NCBI GenBank assembly: GCA_965242965.1 | Contig: OZ251518.1 | Coordinates: forward strand, 1,408,001 to 1,472,000 | Source of the DNA: Candidatus Poribacteria bacterium | GTDB lineage: Bacteria > Poribacteria > WGA-4E > WGA-3G | Direction: 5' to 3' | Length of the DNA stretch: 64,000 nucleotides | Shown here: positions 8,479 to 17,887 of the stretch, in pieces | Layout of the letters: each line of letters starts with the position of its first letter | Numbering within the stretch: the stretch's first letter is position 1 | Notes under the pieces: generated by a model | Databases searched by the model: none | Told to the model about the DNA's origin: nothing | Seen by the model: only the letters and a program-made list of their open reading frames with translations | Made by a program: the position numbers and the translations under genes

Positions 8479-10416
8479 ATGAAACTTTTTGTTCCAGGGC
8501 GAATCTGCCTCTTCGGCGAACATAGCGACTGGGCAGGCGGACATCGCCGCAGCAACGCACAACTTGAAAAAGGTTATACGCTCATTACCAGCACAAACCA
8601 GGGTGTCTACGCCGATGTCCAACCGCACCCAACATCGCTGAAACTGAAAACCACTCTGAGCGACGGCACGCGCCAAGGGCCTTATACTTTGCCGATGGAG
8701 CAAGACGCGCTCCTCGCCGAAGCGGAGAAAGGCGGCTTCTTTAGTTACGCCGCCGGTGTGGCATACCAAATCTTGACCAATTATCGCGTGCGAGGACTTG
8801 AAATCGACAACTACCTCACCGATCTGCCGGTAAAGAAGGGGCTCTCTTCTAGTGCAGCCATCTGTGTCATGGTTGCGCGCGCGTTTAATCGCATCTATGA
8901 TCTGAAGATGACGACGCGCGGCGAGATGGAATACGCCTACAGAGGCGAAACGACGACACCCTCGCGCTGCGGACGGATGGACCAGGGATGCGCCTACACG
9001 CACCCTATCTTAATGACATTTGACGGAGACAGGGTGGATGTCAGCGAGGTGAGCGTTCCCGAAGCCCTATATCTCGTCATCGTAGACCTGGGCGCGGGAA
9101 AAGATACACGACTTATCCTGAATCAACTCAACCACTGCTACCCGTTCGCTGAAACGCAGCTGGACAGAAATGTGCAGCATTACCTCGGGCCGCTGAGTGC
9201 CGAAATTACGCAGGCAGCCTATCAGGCACTCCGCGCAGGCGATGCAGCGGCAGTCGGTGCCTTAATGCGCCGCGCACAAGAAGAGTTTGATAAACACCTC
9301 ATCCCCGCCTGTCCCTCCGAATTGAAGGCTCCTGTCCTCCATCAGGTGCTTAACTATGAACCTATCCAGCCTTACATTTGGGGTGGCAAAGGTGTCGGTT
9401 CGCAAGGCGACGGGTCTGCGCAATTCATCGCCAAAGACGAAGAGAGCCAACGGAAGGTTATTGAAATTATTGAGCGCGATTTAGGAATGTCGTGTCTCAA
9501 GCTGGTCATCGAGGCAGGGCGGCATATCCGCAAGGCAGTGATTCCCGCGGCAGGATTTGGCACACGTCTCTTCCCCGCCTCCAAGGCACTCAAAAAGGAG
9601 TTGTTTCCTGTGATTGACAGCACCGGGCGCGCGAAACCGGCGATTATGGCTATCGTCGAAGAGGCGGTGAACGCCGGGATTGAGGAAGTCTGCCTCATTG
9701 TCCAGAAAAGCGATACGGCACTTTTTGAATCCTTCTTCAAGACACCGCCGCGCATCGAACACTACAATAAACTCAGCACAGAAAACAAGGCATATTGCGA
9801 CTACGTGCTGGAACTCGGCAGGCGCGTGACGTTCGTTACGCAAGACGTGCAGGAGGGATTCGGACACGCCGTTTATTGCGCCTGCGACTGGGTAGGCAAC
9901 GAACCGTTCCTGTTGATGCTCGGGGACCATCTCTACGGTTCCGATGAGGAGAGCTCTTGCGCGAAGCAGGTTTTGGACGCGTATGCGCGCGTCCGACACA
10001 GCGTCGTCGGACTAAAGGTTACGCCGATTGAGGAGTTGTCTAACTTCGGATGCGTCGCAGGGGTATGGCAGGAAGAAAAGGGCAGCCGAGAACAACATTC
10101 CCTCTTGCAGGTGACAGAGTTTTACGAGAAACCGGATGCGGACTACGCGCGCGAGTATCTGCACGTTGACGGGATGGCACCGGACGAATTCCTATCCGTT
10201 TTCGGCATTTACGCGCTCACGCCGCAGATATTTGCGTTCCTTGAACAGAACATCACGCACAACCACCGCGAGCACGGCGAATTCCAACTCACTTCTTGTT
10301 TAGATGAGTTGCGGAAATCGGAGGGGTTTTCGGGCTATCTCGTCAAGGGGAGACGCTTTGACATTGGGCTGCCAGAGGAGTATCGGCAGACAGTCATCGA
10401 TTTTCGGAATGCCTGA
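8479..10416 (+). CDS. Bifunctional GHMP (galactokinase-like) sugar kinase / GalU-like UTP-sugar-1-phosphate uridylyltransferase
   Basis: N-terminal PGRICLFGEHSD and LPVKKGLSSSAA (GHMP motifs); C-terminal KAVIPAAGFGTRLFPASKALKKELFP and EGFGHAV (GalU motifs). Confidence 0.9.
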   Translation: MKLFVPGRICLFGEHSDWAGGHRRSNAQLEKGYTLITSTNQGVYADVQPHPTSLKLKTTLSDGTRQGPYTLPMEQDALLAEAEKGGFFSYAAGVAYQILTNYRVRGLEIDNYLTDLPVKKGLSSSAAICVMVARAFNRIYDLKMTTRGEMEYAYRGETTTPSRCGRMDQGCAYTHPILMTFDGDRVDVSEVSVPEALYLVIVDLGAGKDTRLILNQLNHCYPFAETQLDRNVQHYLGPLSAEITQAAYQALRAGDAAAVGALMRRAQEEFDKHLIPACPSELKAPVLHQVLNYEPIQPYIWGGKGVGSQGDGSAQFIAKDEESQRKVIEIIERDLGMSCLKLVIEAGRHIRKAVIPAAGFGTRLFPASKALKKELFPVIDSTGRAKPAIMAIVEEAVNAGIEEVCLIVQKSDTALFESFFKTPPRIEHYNKLSTENKAYCDYVLELGRRVTFVTQDVQEGFGHAVYCACDWVGNEPFLLMLGDHLYGSDEESSCAKQVLDAYARVRHSVVGLKVTPIEELSNFGCVAGVWQEEKGSREQHSLLQVTEFYEKPDADYAREYLHVDGMAPDEFLSVFGIYALTPQIFAFLEQNITHNHREHGEFQLTSCLDELRKSEGFSGYLVKGRRFDIGLPEEYRQTVIDFRNA

Positions 10417-10461
10417 GGGAAGAGACTCGTCTACCTGTTGTTCACATCTTAGTTTCACGAG

Positions 10462-10920
10462 CGTAGGGCGAGGGCCTGTCCCTCGCCGCGCCTTGCTTGA
10501 TGTCTTCCCGGTAGGAGAGACCTCCCGGTCTCGATGCTGCCTGACCCGTTCGGGTGCAGGCGATCGCGAACTACGGTCTCTGAGCCGCCCTCTTCTGTAG
10601 GGCAAGATCGCCTGATTTTGACCTGTTTTACCGGGGTGGAAGTAGCGCGGGGGCCTGTCCCCCGCGATCGCTGCATGGCGAGGGAAACCCGCTCGCATGC
10701 GCGTGGGGCATGCGAGGGCCCACGCCCTACGGTATTTTACAAGGTCTAGGCACGGCGAGGGACAGGCCCTCGCCCTACGGTGAAAAGGGCAGACTAAGCC
10801 CCGTAGCGCGGGGGCCTGTCCCCCGCGATCGCTGCATGGCGAGGGACAGGCCCTCGCCCTACGACGAAAAGGGGTCAGTCTGAGCCGTAGCGCGGGGGCC
10901 TGTCCCTCGCGATCGCTGCC
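10462..10920. repeat. Mosaic REP array (B, C, A and GATCG-loop types)
   Basis: Alternating GTAGGGCGAGGGCCTGTCCCTCGCC and GTAGCGCGGGGGCCTGTCCCCCGCG units. Confidence 0.9.
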
Positions 10921-10933
10921 TCATCATCCAATT

Positions 10934-11842
10934 CTAACTGGTAGCATCAGCATCAAGCTGCCGAAGGACCTCCTCAATTCTCTCGATGTTGACTTCATCG
11001 CCATCCTGTTGGGCGAGTCGCAAGGCAGTGTGGAGTTCTTCCTTCGCCTCCGAAATACGCCCGAGCAAAGCTTTCATTAAACCCCGCCCGAGATACGCTA
11101 ATACGAAATGCGGTCTGAGCTCAATCGCCCGGTCGAAATCGACTAGGGCATCAACAGGTTTCCCCATATCATACTTTAACTCGCCCCGATTGTAGTAAGC
11201 CTCGGCATCCTGCGGGTTGAGTTCGATGGCTCTGCTGAAATCAGCCAAGGCGGCATCGTGTCTGCCCAAAATTGCCTTCACAACGCCGCGATTGTCAAAG
11301 GCTCTACCCTCCTCCGGCTCAAGCAGGATGGCTCTGTCGTAATCGGCGATAGCGGCAGTGTATTTGCCCAACTTCCGCTTGGCAACGCCGCGGTTAAGAT
11401 AGGCATGCGCGAACTCCGGAGCGATTTGGAGCGCAAGGTTAAAATCTTCGATGGCGGCCAGCTGCTCGCCTAGGGCATCCTTCAAAACACCGCGATTGAC
11501 ATAGGCAGGCGCAAGCTCGGGGGCGAGACGGATTGCCGCGTCGTAATCGTCAATAGCAGCATGGTAACGCCCCAAAGCAGTCTTCGCAGTCCCCCGATTG
11601 ACATACGTTCCGATATCCTCAGGGTTGAGTTTGAGTGCCCTATCAAAATCCGAAATAGCGGCGGCAGGCTCCCCGAGGAGGGCTTTCGCGAGCCCACGGC
11701 TCCCGTACGCCTCGGCGAAATCAGGTTTGAGACGGATGGCTTTGGTGTAAGCCTCAATAGAACCCTGGTAGTCGCCTAGTCTGTCTTTCACGTTTCCGGA
11801 TTTGAAATAGGTTTTGGCAGAAGTTTTTTTAGAACGTTTCAT
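10934..11842 (-). CDS. Tetratricopeptide repeat protein (about 8 TPRs)
   Basis: 34-aa repeats AY.NRG..K..LG....AI.D...A..L.P; the ORF-track N-terminal extension is translated REP sequence. Confidence 0.92.
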   Translation of the reverse strand: MKRSKKTSAKTYFKSGNVKDRLGDYQGSIEAYTKAIRLKPDFAEAYGSRGLAKALLGEPAAAISDFDRALKLNPEDIGTYVNRGTAKTALGRYHAAIDDYDAAIRLAPELAPAYVNRGVLKDALGEQLAAIEDFNLALQIAPEFAHAYLNRGVAKRKLGKYTAAIADYDRAILLEPEEGRAFDNRGVVKAILGRHDAALADFSRAIELNPQDAEAYYNRGELKYDMGKPVDALVDFDRAIELRPHFVLAYLGRGLMKALLGRISEAKEELHTALRLAQQDGDEVNIERIEEVLRQLDADATS

Positions 11843-11874
11843 CGTTTTGCACCTCATCAACTGAAAAGGGAAGC

Positions 11875-12113
11875 ATGGCGAGGGCCTGTCCCTCGCCCTA
11901 CGGTGAAAAAAGATCAGCCTGAACCGTAGCGCGGGGGACAGGCCCCCGCGATCGCTGCATGGCGAGGAATTGTCCCTCGCCCTACAGTGAAAAAGATCAG
12001 CCTGAACCGTAGCGCGGGGGACAGGCCCCCGCGATCGCTGCATGGCGAGGGACAGGCCCTCGCCCTACGGTAACTGTAAAGGGACAGGTGGCGAGGGACA
12101 GACCCTCCTCCTA
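11875..12113. repeat. BIME-like tandem B/C REP doublets
   Basis: ~85-bp unit including the spacer GAAAAAGATCAGCCTGAACC, repeated. Confidence 0.88.
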
Positions 12114-13547
12114 CGGTAAAGGAGAAAGGGAACCATACTGGAACGCGCGCTGCTTATAGAGATGCTCAAACAGATTCCCCTCGTGCGGGCTGTCCCAAGA
12201 AATCTGATTCGTCGGGATTGCACCGATATTCAACCTGTCAATTAAGGGGGTTGCGAGGACTTCTGAAATGAGTTTCTCATCATCGGTAATCGCAGTGGCA
12301 ACTAAAGTCTGCCCGATGGATTTAACCAGTTCTGCCTTCGGCACCTGCACAACGCTGACGAACGGAAAGGGGAATTCGGTATTTGCCAATGGATGCTCGG
12401 CATCCTCACACCAGATTACCGTCGGACGGAGGAAGGTGCAGCCATCTAACGCCACCAACCGTTCGCCGGGTGTCATCTCCGTTGCGCCCGATATTTTCAG
12501 GTTTGCATCGATAGACGCGGATATGGCTTGGGCGGCTTTCGGATTCGCCCACGCTGCGATTTGCGCTTCGGGATGTTCCAGCGGCTTCGGTTCAATGCGC
12601 AATAAACGTTCGGCTACCGCCGCCGCAATCTCTTTTCCGTGTGTGGTTACCCATACCCCGGAAGCATTAATGCATGAGCGTCCGCCGTTTTTGGCAACAG
12701 ATTCCACGATGATGTCCAGATACTTCTCCCATCCGCCTGCCTGACACTGCGCTTCATCCATGACGATTTTGCTGCGCCCCGGTCCGTGAATTTCAACGCT
12801 CGGGGTGTTCACCCATGCGGCAATTGTAGGGCCGCTGCCGAAAAGCATAGCCCTGCCGCAACGGAACAAGATGTCGTTTGCGCCGGCATAATCGGTAGGA
12901 TAGAAACTGAACGCCTCCGGTGCGCATCCGGCTTTCATAAACGCCTGCGCTATCCGATAGGGTGTCCACGGCTCTTCGCGTCCCGGTTTTAGCACGAGCG
13001 GGACTTTCAACGGAATAGCGGGGAGCCAGAGTGAATGCACGCCGGGAGAATTGCTTGGCAACACCGCGCCTAGCGCGTCGGTTTCACAAACATACATCAA
13101 CGTTCGCCTTTCTTGCGCGCCCCATCCTCGGCCCGCATCAAAAATGCGCATATCCAGGCCTCGCGTCAGCCCGGCTAGCACTGCCTCCATCTCCTCTAAA
13201 ACAGTCTGAATCTTCCGCATATTTTGGAGACAGAGGGATTCGGGCATCCCTGTCGTGCCGGAGACATGCCGGATATACTCTTCAGGCGATTGCGACGTTC
13301 CATGAAGTGGAAGTTCCGCTGTCGTGAAAAGGCGCGCCGCCTCCTTGCACATCGCTATCAATTCCGCAAAGGTGTGGTTTCCAAGCACCTTCTTGTGGCG
13401 CGCCGTTTCCGCCAAGTCTTTCGCTATCAACCCGCGGTTGGCTTGGCTCACCTCGGCGAACGGTTCACCGGTTTTGATATGTGATAGGCGGACGGTGTTC
13501 AAACTTCTATAGGAACGGCCCGCCCGCAAAAGTGGGATGTGTATCAT
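12111..13547 (-). CDS. Aldehyde dehydrogenase / acyl-CoA reductase (LuxC-like) family protein
   Basis: LPSNSPG, LKPGREEP, HGPGRSK, NGGRSCIN (catalytic Cys) and EFPFPFV motifs. Confidence 0.85.
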   Translation of the reverse strand: MIHIPLLRAGRSYRSLNTVRLSHIKTGEPFAEVSQANRGLIAKDLAETARHKKVLGNHTFAELIAMCKEAARLFTTAELPLHGTSQSPEEYIRHVSGTTGMPESLCLQNMRKIQTVLEEMEAVLAGLTRGLDMRIFDAGRGWGAQERRTLMYVCETDALGAVLPSNSPGVHSLWLPAIPLKVPLVLKPGREEPWTPYRIAQAFMKAGCAPEAFSFYPTDYAGANDILFRCGRAMLFGSGPTIAAWVNTPSVEIHGPGRSKIVMDEAQCQAGGWEKYLDIIVESVAKNGGRSCINASGVWVTTHGKEIAAAVAERLLRIEPKPLEHPEAQIAAWANPKAAQAISASIDANLKISGATEMTPGERLVALDGCTFLRPTVIWCEDAEHPLANTEFPFPFVSVVQVPKAELVKSIGQTLVATAITDDEKLISEVLATPLIDRLNIGAIPTNQISWDSPHEGNLFEHLYKQRAFQYGSLSPLP

Positions 13548-13596
13548 GATTTCGAGGAAGAAATCGAGACCAGGAGGTCTCTCCTACTTCTTAGTC

Positions 13597-14298
13597 CTAA
13601 ACCTCTATCTTCGCTACCCACCCGGAGGCGGCATCGCAATAGAGGAAATCGTCGCCGTAGATGGAGAGTCCATGCGGTTCAGGATGTGCTTCAGGCACCT
13701 TAATTTCGTCTAAAATGGTGCCATCCTCCAGATCGAGTTTGGCGATAACCCGGTCGGACGTGTGCGTTACCCAGAGTCCATCTTCTACACGAACGGTCCC
13801 GTGTCCTCTGTCATAAGGCAGCGGCAGCGTGTGTTGGACGGACCAGTCGGAAATCCGCACCTTGTGTATCTCCCGATTTTTGAGGGTTTGCACCCAGAGA
13901 TGACCTTTGTCGTAGTTGTCATATTCTACGCCGTGCGTGCCACCGCCATCAGGCACCGGATACCGCGCGAGGGTTTCGCCGGTAGCAGGATGCACCTTGA
14001 AAATCTCGCCTGCACCGGGTTTCGCATCGGTATCTCGGACGGGCCGCCAGCGTTCCCCGGGTCCATTTGCGGCTAACCAGAGGGCACCACCGCCGTATGC
14101 CATGCCGCTGGTGTTGGAAGACTCACTCGGTATATCACGGATGAGTTTCGGCACGGTATAGTCCGGATCTGCGCCTATCTCCACTAGCGCGACTCTGTCG
14201 GTAATCTGATCGGCAATCCACAGGCCGTCGTCTGTAACCTGAAGCCCATTCGGCACCGCATAAGGTGACCGGAAAAGTTTTTCGATTGTTGTTTTCAT
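13597..14298 (-). CDS. Beta-propeller protein (Vgb/glutaminyl-cyclase-like)
   Basis: Repeated blades PNGL..DGLW, SGMAYGGGALW, HGVEY, PHGLS. Confidence 0.7.
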   Translation of the reverse strand: MKTTIEKLFRSPYAVPNGLQVTDDGLWIADQITDRVALVEIGADPDYTVPKLIRDIPSESSNTSGMAYGGGALWLAANGPGERWRPVRDTDAKPGAGEIFKVHPATGETLARYPVPDGGGTHGVEYDNYDKGHLWVQTLKNREIHKVRISDWSVQHTLPLPYDRGHGTVRVEDGLWVTHTSDRVIAKLDLEDGTILDEIKVPEAHPEPHGLSIYGDDFLYCDAASGWVAKIEV

Positions 14299-14349
14299 AT
14301 TGATAACCTATCCCTTCACGTAGGGCGAGGGCCTGTCCCTCGCCATTAT

Positions 14350-14686
14350 GAGGGTGTTTCCTAAATCACTCAACGTCGCCGGGGAAACCCGCTCGCATGC
14401 GCGTATGGCATCCGAGGGCCCCCGCGCTACGATAAAAAACGCTTCCCCTTCACGTAGGGCGAGGGCCTGTCCCTCGCCATCGTCCGTGCACTCCAATGCT
14501 CGCGGGGGACAGGCCCCCGCGCTACGGTGAAAATCAAGACTCACCACCCCTGTAGGTCAGGATCGCCTGATCCTGACCCGTTTGTGATCAGGCGATCACA
14601 AACTACAGAGGGGGCCAATGCCTTCCGGTATTCGCCCGCCTTCCAAGGCGGGATAAATACCGAAACGGAAGTTATGAAACACCCTC
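14350..14686. mobile_element. MITE-like element: inverted ends enclosing REP cargo
   Basis: GAGGGTGTTTCCTAA at 14350 and TTATGAAACACCCTC at 14672-14686; interior C, B and GATCGCC-loop REPs. Confidence 0.6.
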
Positions 14687-14896
14687 AAAATGGTTCAGTT
14701 TCCGCGCGGCGAATTGGATAGAGGCGACAATGTCCTCCGGCTCCAGATCTGGCATTTCCACCAGAATCTCGTCAAAAGAGAGTCCGGCAGCCAGCAAATC
14801 CAAGACATCTGTCACCCGAATTCGCATGCCTCGGATGCAAGGTCGCCCGCCACACTGGCGTGGATTAAAAGTAATTCTGCTCATTGGATTTGACAT
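14672..14896 (-). CDS. DUF433 family protein (putative antitoxin)
   Basis: RITFNPRQCGGRPCIRGMRIRVTDVLDLLAAG...LEPEDI signature. Confidence 0.9.
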   Translation of the reverse strand: MSNPMSRITFNPRQCGGRPCIRGMRIRVTDVLDLLAAGLSFDEILVEMPDLEPEDIVASIQFAARKLNHFEGVS

Positions 14897-14977
14897 GTTC
14901 GTATTCCGCAATGCGTCCGATGAGGGTTTCTAATCCGCATGCCCCCTTGTTCCATTGCCGCCAAAGGGAGAAAGCCG

Positions 14978-16066
14978 TTAATAAATTCCTACAACCACGC
15001 TCTCCTGAAGTTCGGTGAGCAAGCGCACGTTTTCAACGCCGTCCCACGGGTAACGCGCGATCGGTTTCGCGCGTTCCGCTTCGTCACGTTCAAGAAAGCG
15101 CGGCATGAAGAATTCCTTCGTCAATGTCGTTAGCATGACGCGCCCAGTTTCGCCGTAATCGACAGGTTCATCGGGATTCTCCGGGTTTACCAATTCTGTC
15201 ACGGCGCGCGGTTGCGGCGGATAATAGATAATCGCGTAGTTATCCGCCAGATCGAACGGTTTGCACGCGGCGAGCCCCATCAGTGTATTGCCGTAGGTGG
15301 GGACAAAATCGATGCCCGGCACGAGTTCTTCGCGCGCAAAACGGTGGAACTGCGCGTCCATCTCTGTCCCACCGCAGAAAATGCCCTTAATGCCAACCTT
15401 ATTCAGCGAAATTTTCTCACACAATGCCTCCAGCAGTTTCGGCGTGGTAAAGAGACACTGGACGTTTTCATGCGCCCGGAGGACATTGAGTCCCTGCGCA
15501 ACAACGTGATTTTTGTAGTCCTCTAAATCCTGATGTTTGCCATACCGCACGAGGCGGTTTACCCAGCGAGGATCCATGTCAACACAGAAGCATATCCCGC
15601 CGCGGTGTTGGGCAAGATGTTCAACGGCAAGCCGCAACCGCCGAGGCCCCGTAGGACCGAGCATTAAGAAATCGCTCCCCGGTGGAAATCCATCATCGGA
15701 CAACATCTCGCTAAACTGCTCATAATCCGTTTGGAAATCGCGGATGTTAATCCGACACTTCGGGATGCCGGTGGAGCCGCCCGTTTCAAAAACGTAAATA
15801 GGCTCATTCGCGTAAGCCTTAGGCACCCATCGTCGCACGGGACCGCCGCGCAGCCATTCGTCTTGGAAATGTCCGAGACGTTCCAGGTCTGCGTAGCCGC
15901 CAATCTCTTTTCCCGGGTCAAAATCGAGATTTTCGGCGAATTCTAGCCAGAAGGGGCACCCGGTTTTCGGACTGAAGTGCCAGTTGACAATGTCCCTGAC
16001 ATGCGCGTCAAGTTTCGCTTGAGCCTTCGCAATGTTTTGAGAGAGTTCTCGGTTTAAAATGTCCAT
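14978..16066 (-). CDS. LuxE/PaaK/EhpF-like acyl-adenylate-forming enzyme
   Basis: ETGGSTG P-loop, YGNTLMG, GRVMLTTL and RFLERD motifs; GGAG RBS. Confidence 0.75.
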   Translation of the reverse strand: MDILNRELSQNIAKAQAKLDAHVRDIVNWHFSPKTGCPFWLEFAENLDFDPGKEIGGYADLERLGHFQDEWLRGGPVRRWVPKAYANEPIYVFETGGSTGIPKCRINIRDFQTDYEQFSEMLSDDGFPPGSDFLMLGPTGPRRLRLAVEHLAQHRGGICFCVDMDPRWVNRLVRYGKHQDLEDYKNHVVAQGLNVLRAHENVQCLFTTPKLLEALCEKISLNKVGIKGIFCGGTEMDAQFHRFAREELVPGIDFVPTYGNTLMGLAACKPFDLADNYAIIYYPPQPRAVTELVNPENPDEPVDYGETGRVMLTTLTKEFFMPRFLERDEAERAKPIARYPWDGVENVRLLTELQESVVVGIY

Positions 16067-16130
16067 TTTTCTCCGTGACACGGGCGGATAGAGACAGCCG
16101 CCCTTACAGTTCTAAGCCGTTGGCGGAACC

Positions 16131-16736
16131 TCACGCTGTCTGTGCCACCATGCTCGCGAGGATGCCGAGGATTTTGTCGCACTGCGCGATGGGGTAGACT
16201 GCCATGTCAATGAGGAGTTTCTGCGCCTCCAATTTGAGGAAGAGCCACTCTGTTCCTGATGTAACAGTCCCATAGACGCGGGGAATGTCATTTCCTTCTG
16301 CTGCGTTAAAGCGTTGTGCGGCAACCATTTCCGCCGCGCACTGCCCGAACCCTTCGGTCAGATTGTCCCTTTTCGCCTCCACGAGAACGATGACAGGTGC
16401 CTCCAATTCAAATTGCCATGAGGACAAACTTACGACAAAATCACATACCCCGGTCAGGTCGTTTGCGGCATCAACGTTAAAGTCAATGCCCGAGAAGAGA
16501 CTGATGCGGCGCTCAAAATGCTCGCGGAGTTCAACGAGAACGTCGGTGACAATCAGTTCTGACTTCGCTTTTTCGGTGCCGATGGCGGCGGCTAACGACA
16601 CATTTCGCTCCAACTCTGTTATGAGATGTGCACTCGGATTCACCGGGGCGATGCCAGAAAAGAGCCCTTCGGTGTTAACCCTTTCAAGTTGAAACGCTTT
16701 CCGTGCTGCCGCTAAGGTAAAGTTGCTGTATGCCAT
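16131..16736 (-). CDS. PD-(D/E)xK nuclease-fold protein (HsdR_N-like), copy 1
   Basis: EKAKSELIV, GVCDFVVS, VEAKRDN, GQCAAEM and YGTVTSG..W motifs. Confidence 0.8.
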   Translation of the reverse strand: MAYSNFTLAAARKAFQLERVNTEGLFSGIAPVNPSAHLITELERNVSLAAAIGTEKAKSELIVTDVLVELREHFERRISLFSGIDFNVDAANDLTGVCDFVVSLSSWQFELEAPVIVLVEAKRDNLTEGFGQCAAEMVAAQRFNAAEGNDIPRVYGTVTSGTEWLFLKLEAQKLLIDMAVYPIAQCDKILGILASMVAQTA

Positions 16737-16868
16737 CTGATAACCCTCCGTCCACGGGACTATTTTGGTATAAAACACCGGGGATGCATCGAGACCGGGA
16801 GGTCTCTCCTACCCGTCCACGGGACCATTTTGGTATAAAACGGCTATCCGCCTGCCGCTGGGGAAACC

Positions 16869-17474
16869 TCACGCTGTCTGTGCGACCATGCTCGCGAGGA
16901 TGCCGAGAATTCTGTCGCACCGTTCAATCGTATAGCCCCCCAAATCAATGTAAAGTTTTTGTCTCTCCAATTTGAGGAAAAGCCACTCAACACCTGACGT
17001 GATAGCCCCATAGATGCAGGGAATATCGTTGCCTTTTTCGGCATTAAAGCGTTGCGCTGCCACCATCTCCGCCGCGCACTGCCCAAGGCCGCCGATTAGA
17101 TCTTCCTTTTTCGCCACCACAAGCACGATGACAGGTGCCTTCAGCGAAGATTGCCGTGGCGACAGGCTCACCAAAAAATCACACACGCCAACCAAACTTG
17201 CATCGGCATCAACGTTGAAGTCAATCCCAGAGAAGAAACTGATGCGCAGGTCTAACTGCTCGCGAAGTTCGGCGAGGACACCGGCGACAATCAACTCCGA
17301 CTTTGCTTTCTCGGTGCCGATAGCAATAGCTAACGGGACATGCCGTTCAAGCAGTGTCGTGAAAAAATCACTCGGCGGCATCGGCTCAATATCCGCAAAG
17401 ACTCTCGCGGTATCAATAACCTCTAAGTGAAACGCTTCTTGCACTGCGTCCAAAGTGAAACTGCTATACGCCAT
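16869..17474 (-). CDS. PD-(D/E)xK nuclease-fold protein, tandem paralog with catalytic E->V
   Basis: Same 606-nt length and same motifs as copy 1, but VVAKK replaces VEAKR. Confidence 0.8.
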   Translation of the reverse strand: MAYSSFTLDAVQEAFHLEVIDTARVFADIEPMPPSDFFTTLLERHVPLAIAIGTEKAKSELIVAGVLAELREQLDLRISFFSGIDFNVDADASLVGVCDFLVSLSPRQSSLKAPVIVLVVAKKEDLIGGLGQCAAEMVAAQRFNAEKGNDIPCIYGAITSGVEWLFLKLERQKLYIDLGGYTIERCDRILGILASMVAQTA

Positions 17475-17523
17475 TTTTCGTATCTCGCAATGCGCCCGAT
17501 TCGGGGTTCTGAGCACCGCAGCC

Positions 17524-17885
17524 CGTAGGAGAGACCTCCCGGTCTCGATTCTTCCGGTAGGAGAGACCTCCTGGTCTCGAATTCTTCTTCCCCGTAGGAG
17601 AGACCTCCCGGTCTCGAATTCTTCCCCGGTAGGAGAGACCTCCCGGTCTCGATGCACCACCCTATCGGGACAAGGATGTCCCTCCTACCGGAAAACCTAT
17701 CGGGACAAGGATGTCCCTCCTACCGGGGGAGCGAAGTCAAGATCGATGCACTACCCTATCGGGACAAGGATGTCCCGCCTACAGGCTTATCGGGACAAGG
17801 ATGTCCCTCCTACGGGGAAACCTATCGGGACAAGGATGGCCCTCCTACCAGAAAACCTATCGGGACAAGGATGTCCCTCCTACCC
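17524..17885. repeat. Head-to-tail REP arrays: 4x A-type, then 6x F-type in the opposite orientation
   Basis: GTAGGAGAGACCTCCyGGTCTCGA x4; TATCGGGACAAGGATGTCCCTCCTAC x6 (minor variants) with short spacers. Confidence 0.92.
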
Positions 17886-17887
17886 GC

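Noticed and set aside
8044-9003. Long antisense ORFs (also 3571..4377, 20778..21677, 39419..40255)
   Set aside because: They overlap well-supported genes on the opposite strand and carry no motifs, as is typical of GC-biased codon usage.
17524-17885. CRISPR-like array of 26-27 bp repeats
   Set aside because: Spacers are mostly 5-10 nt and similar to each other, the same units are dispersed across the window as REPs, and there is no leader or cas gene.
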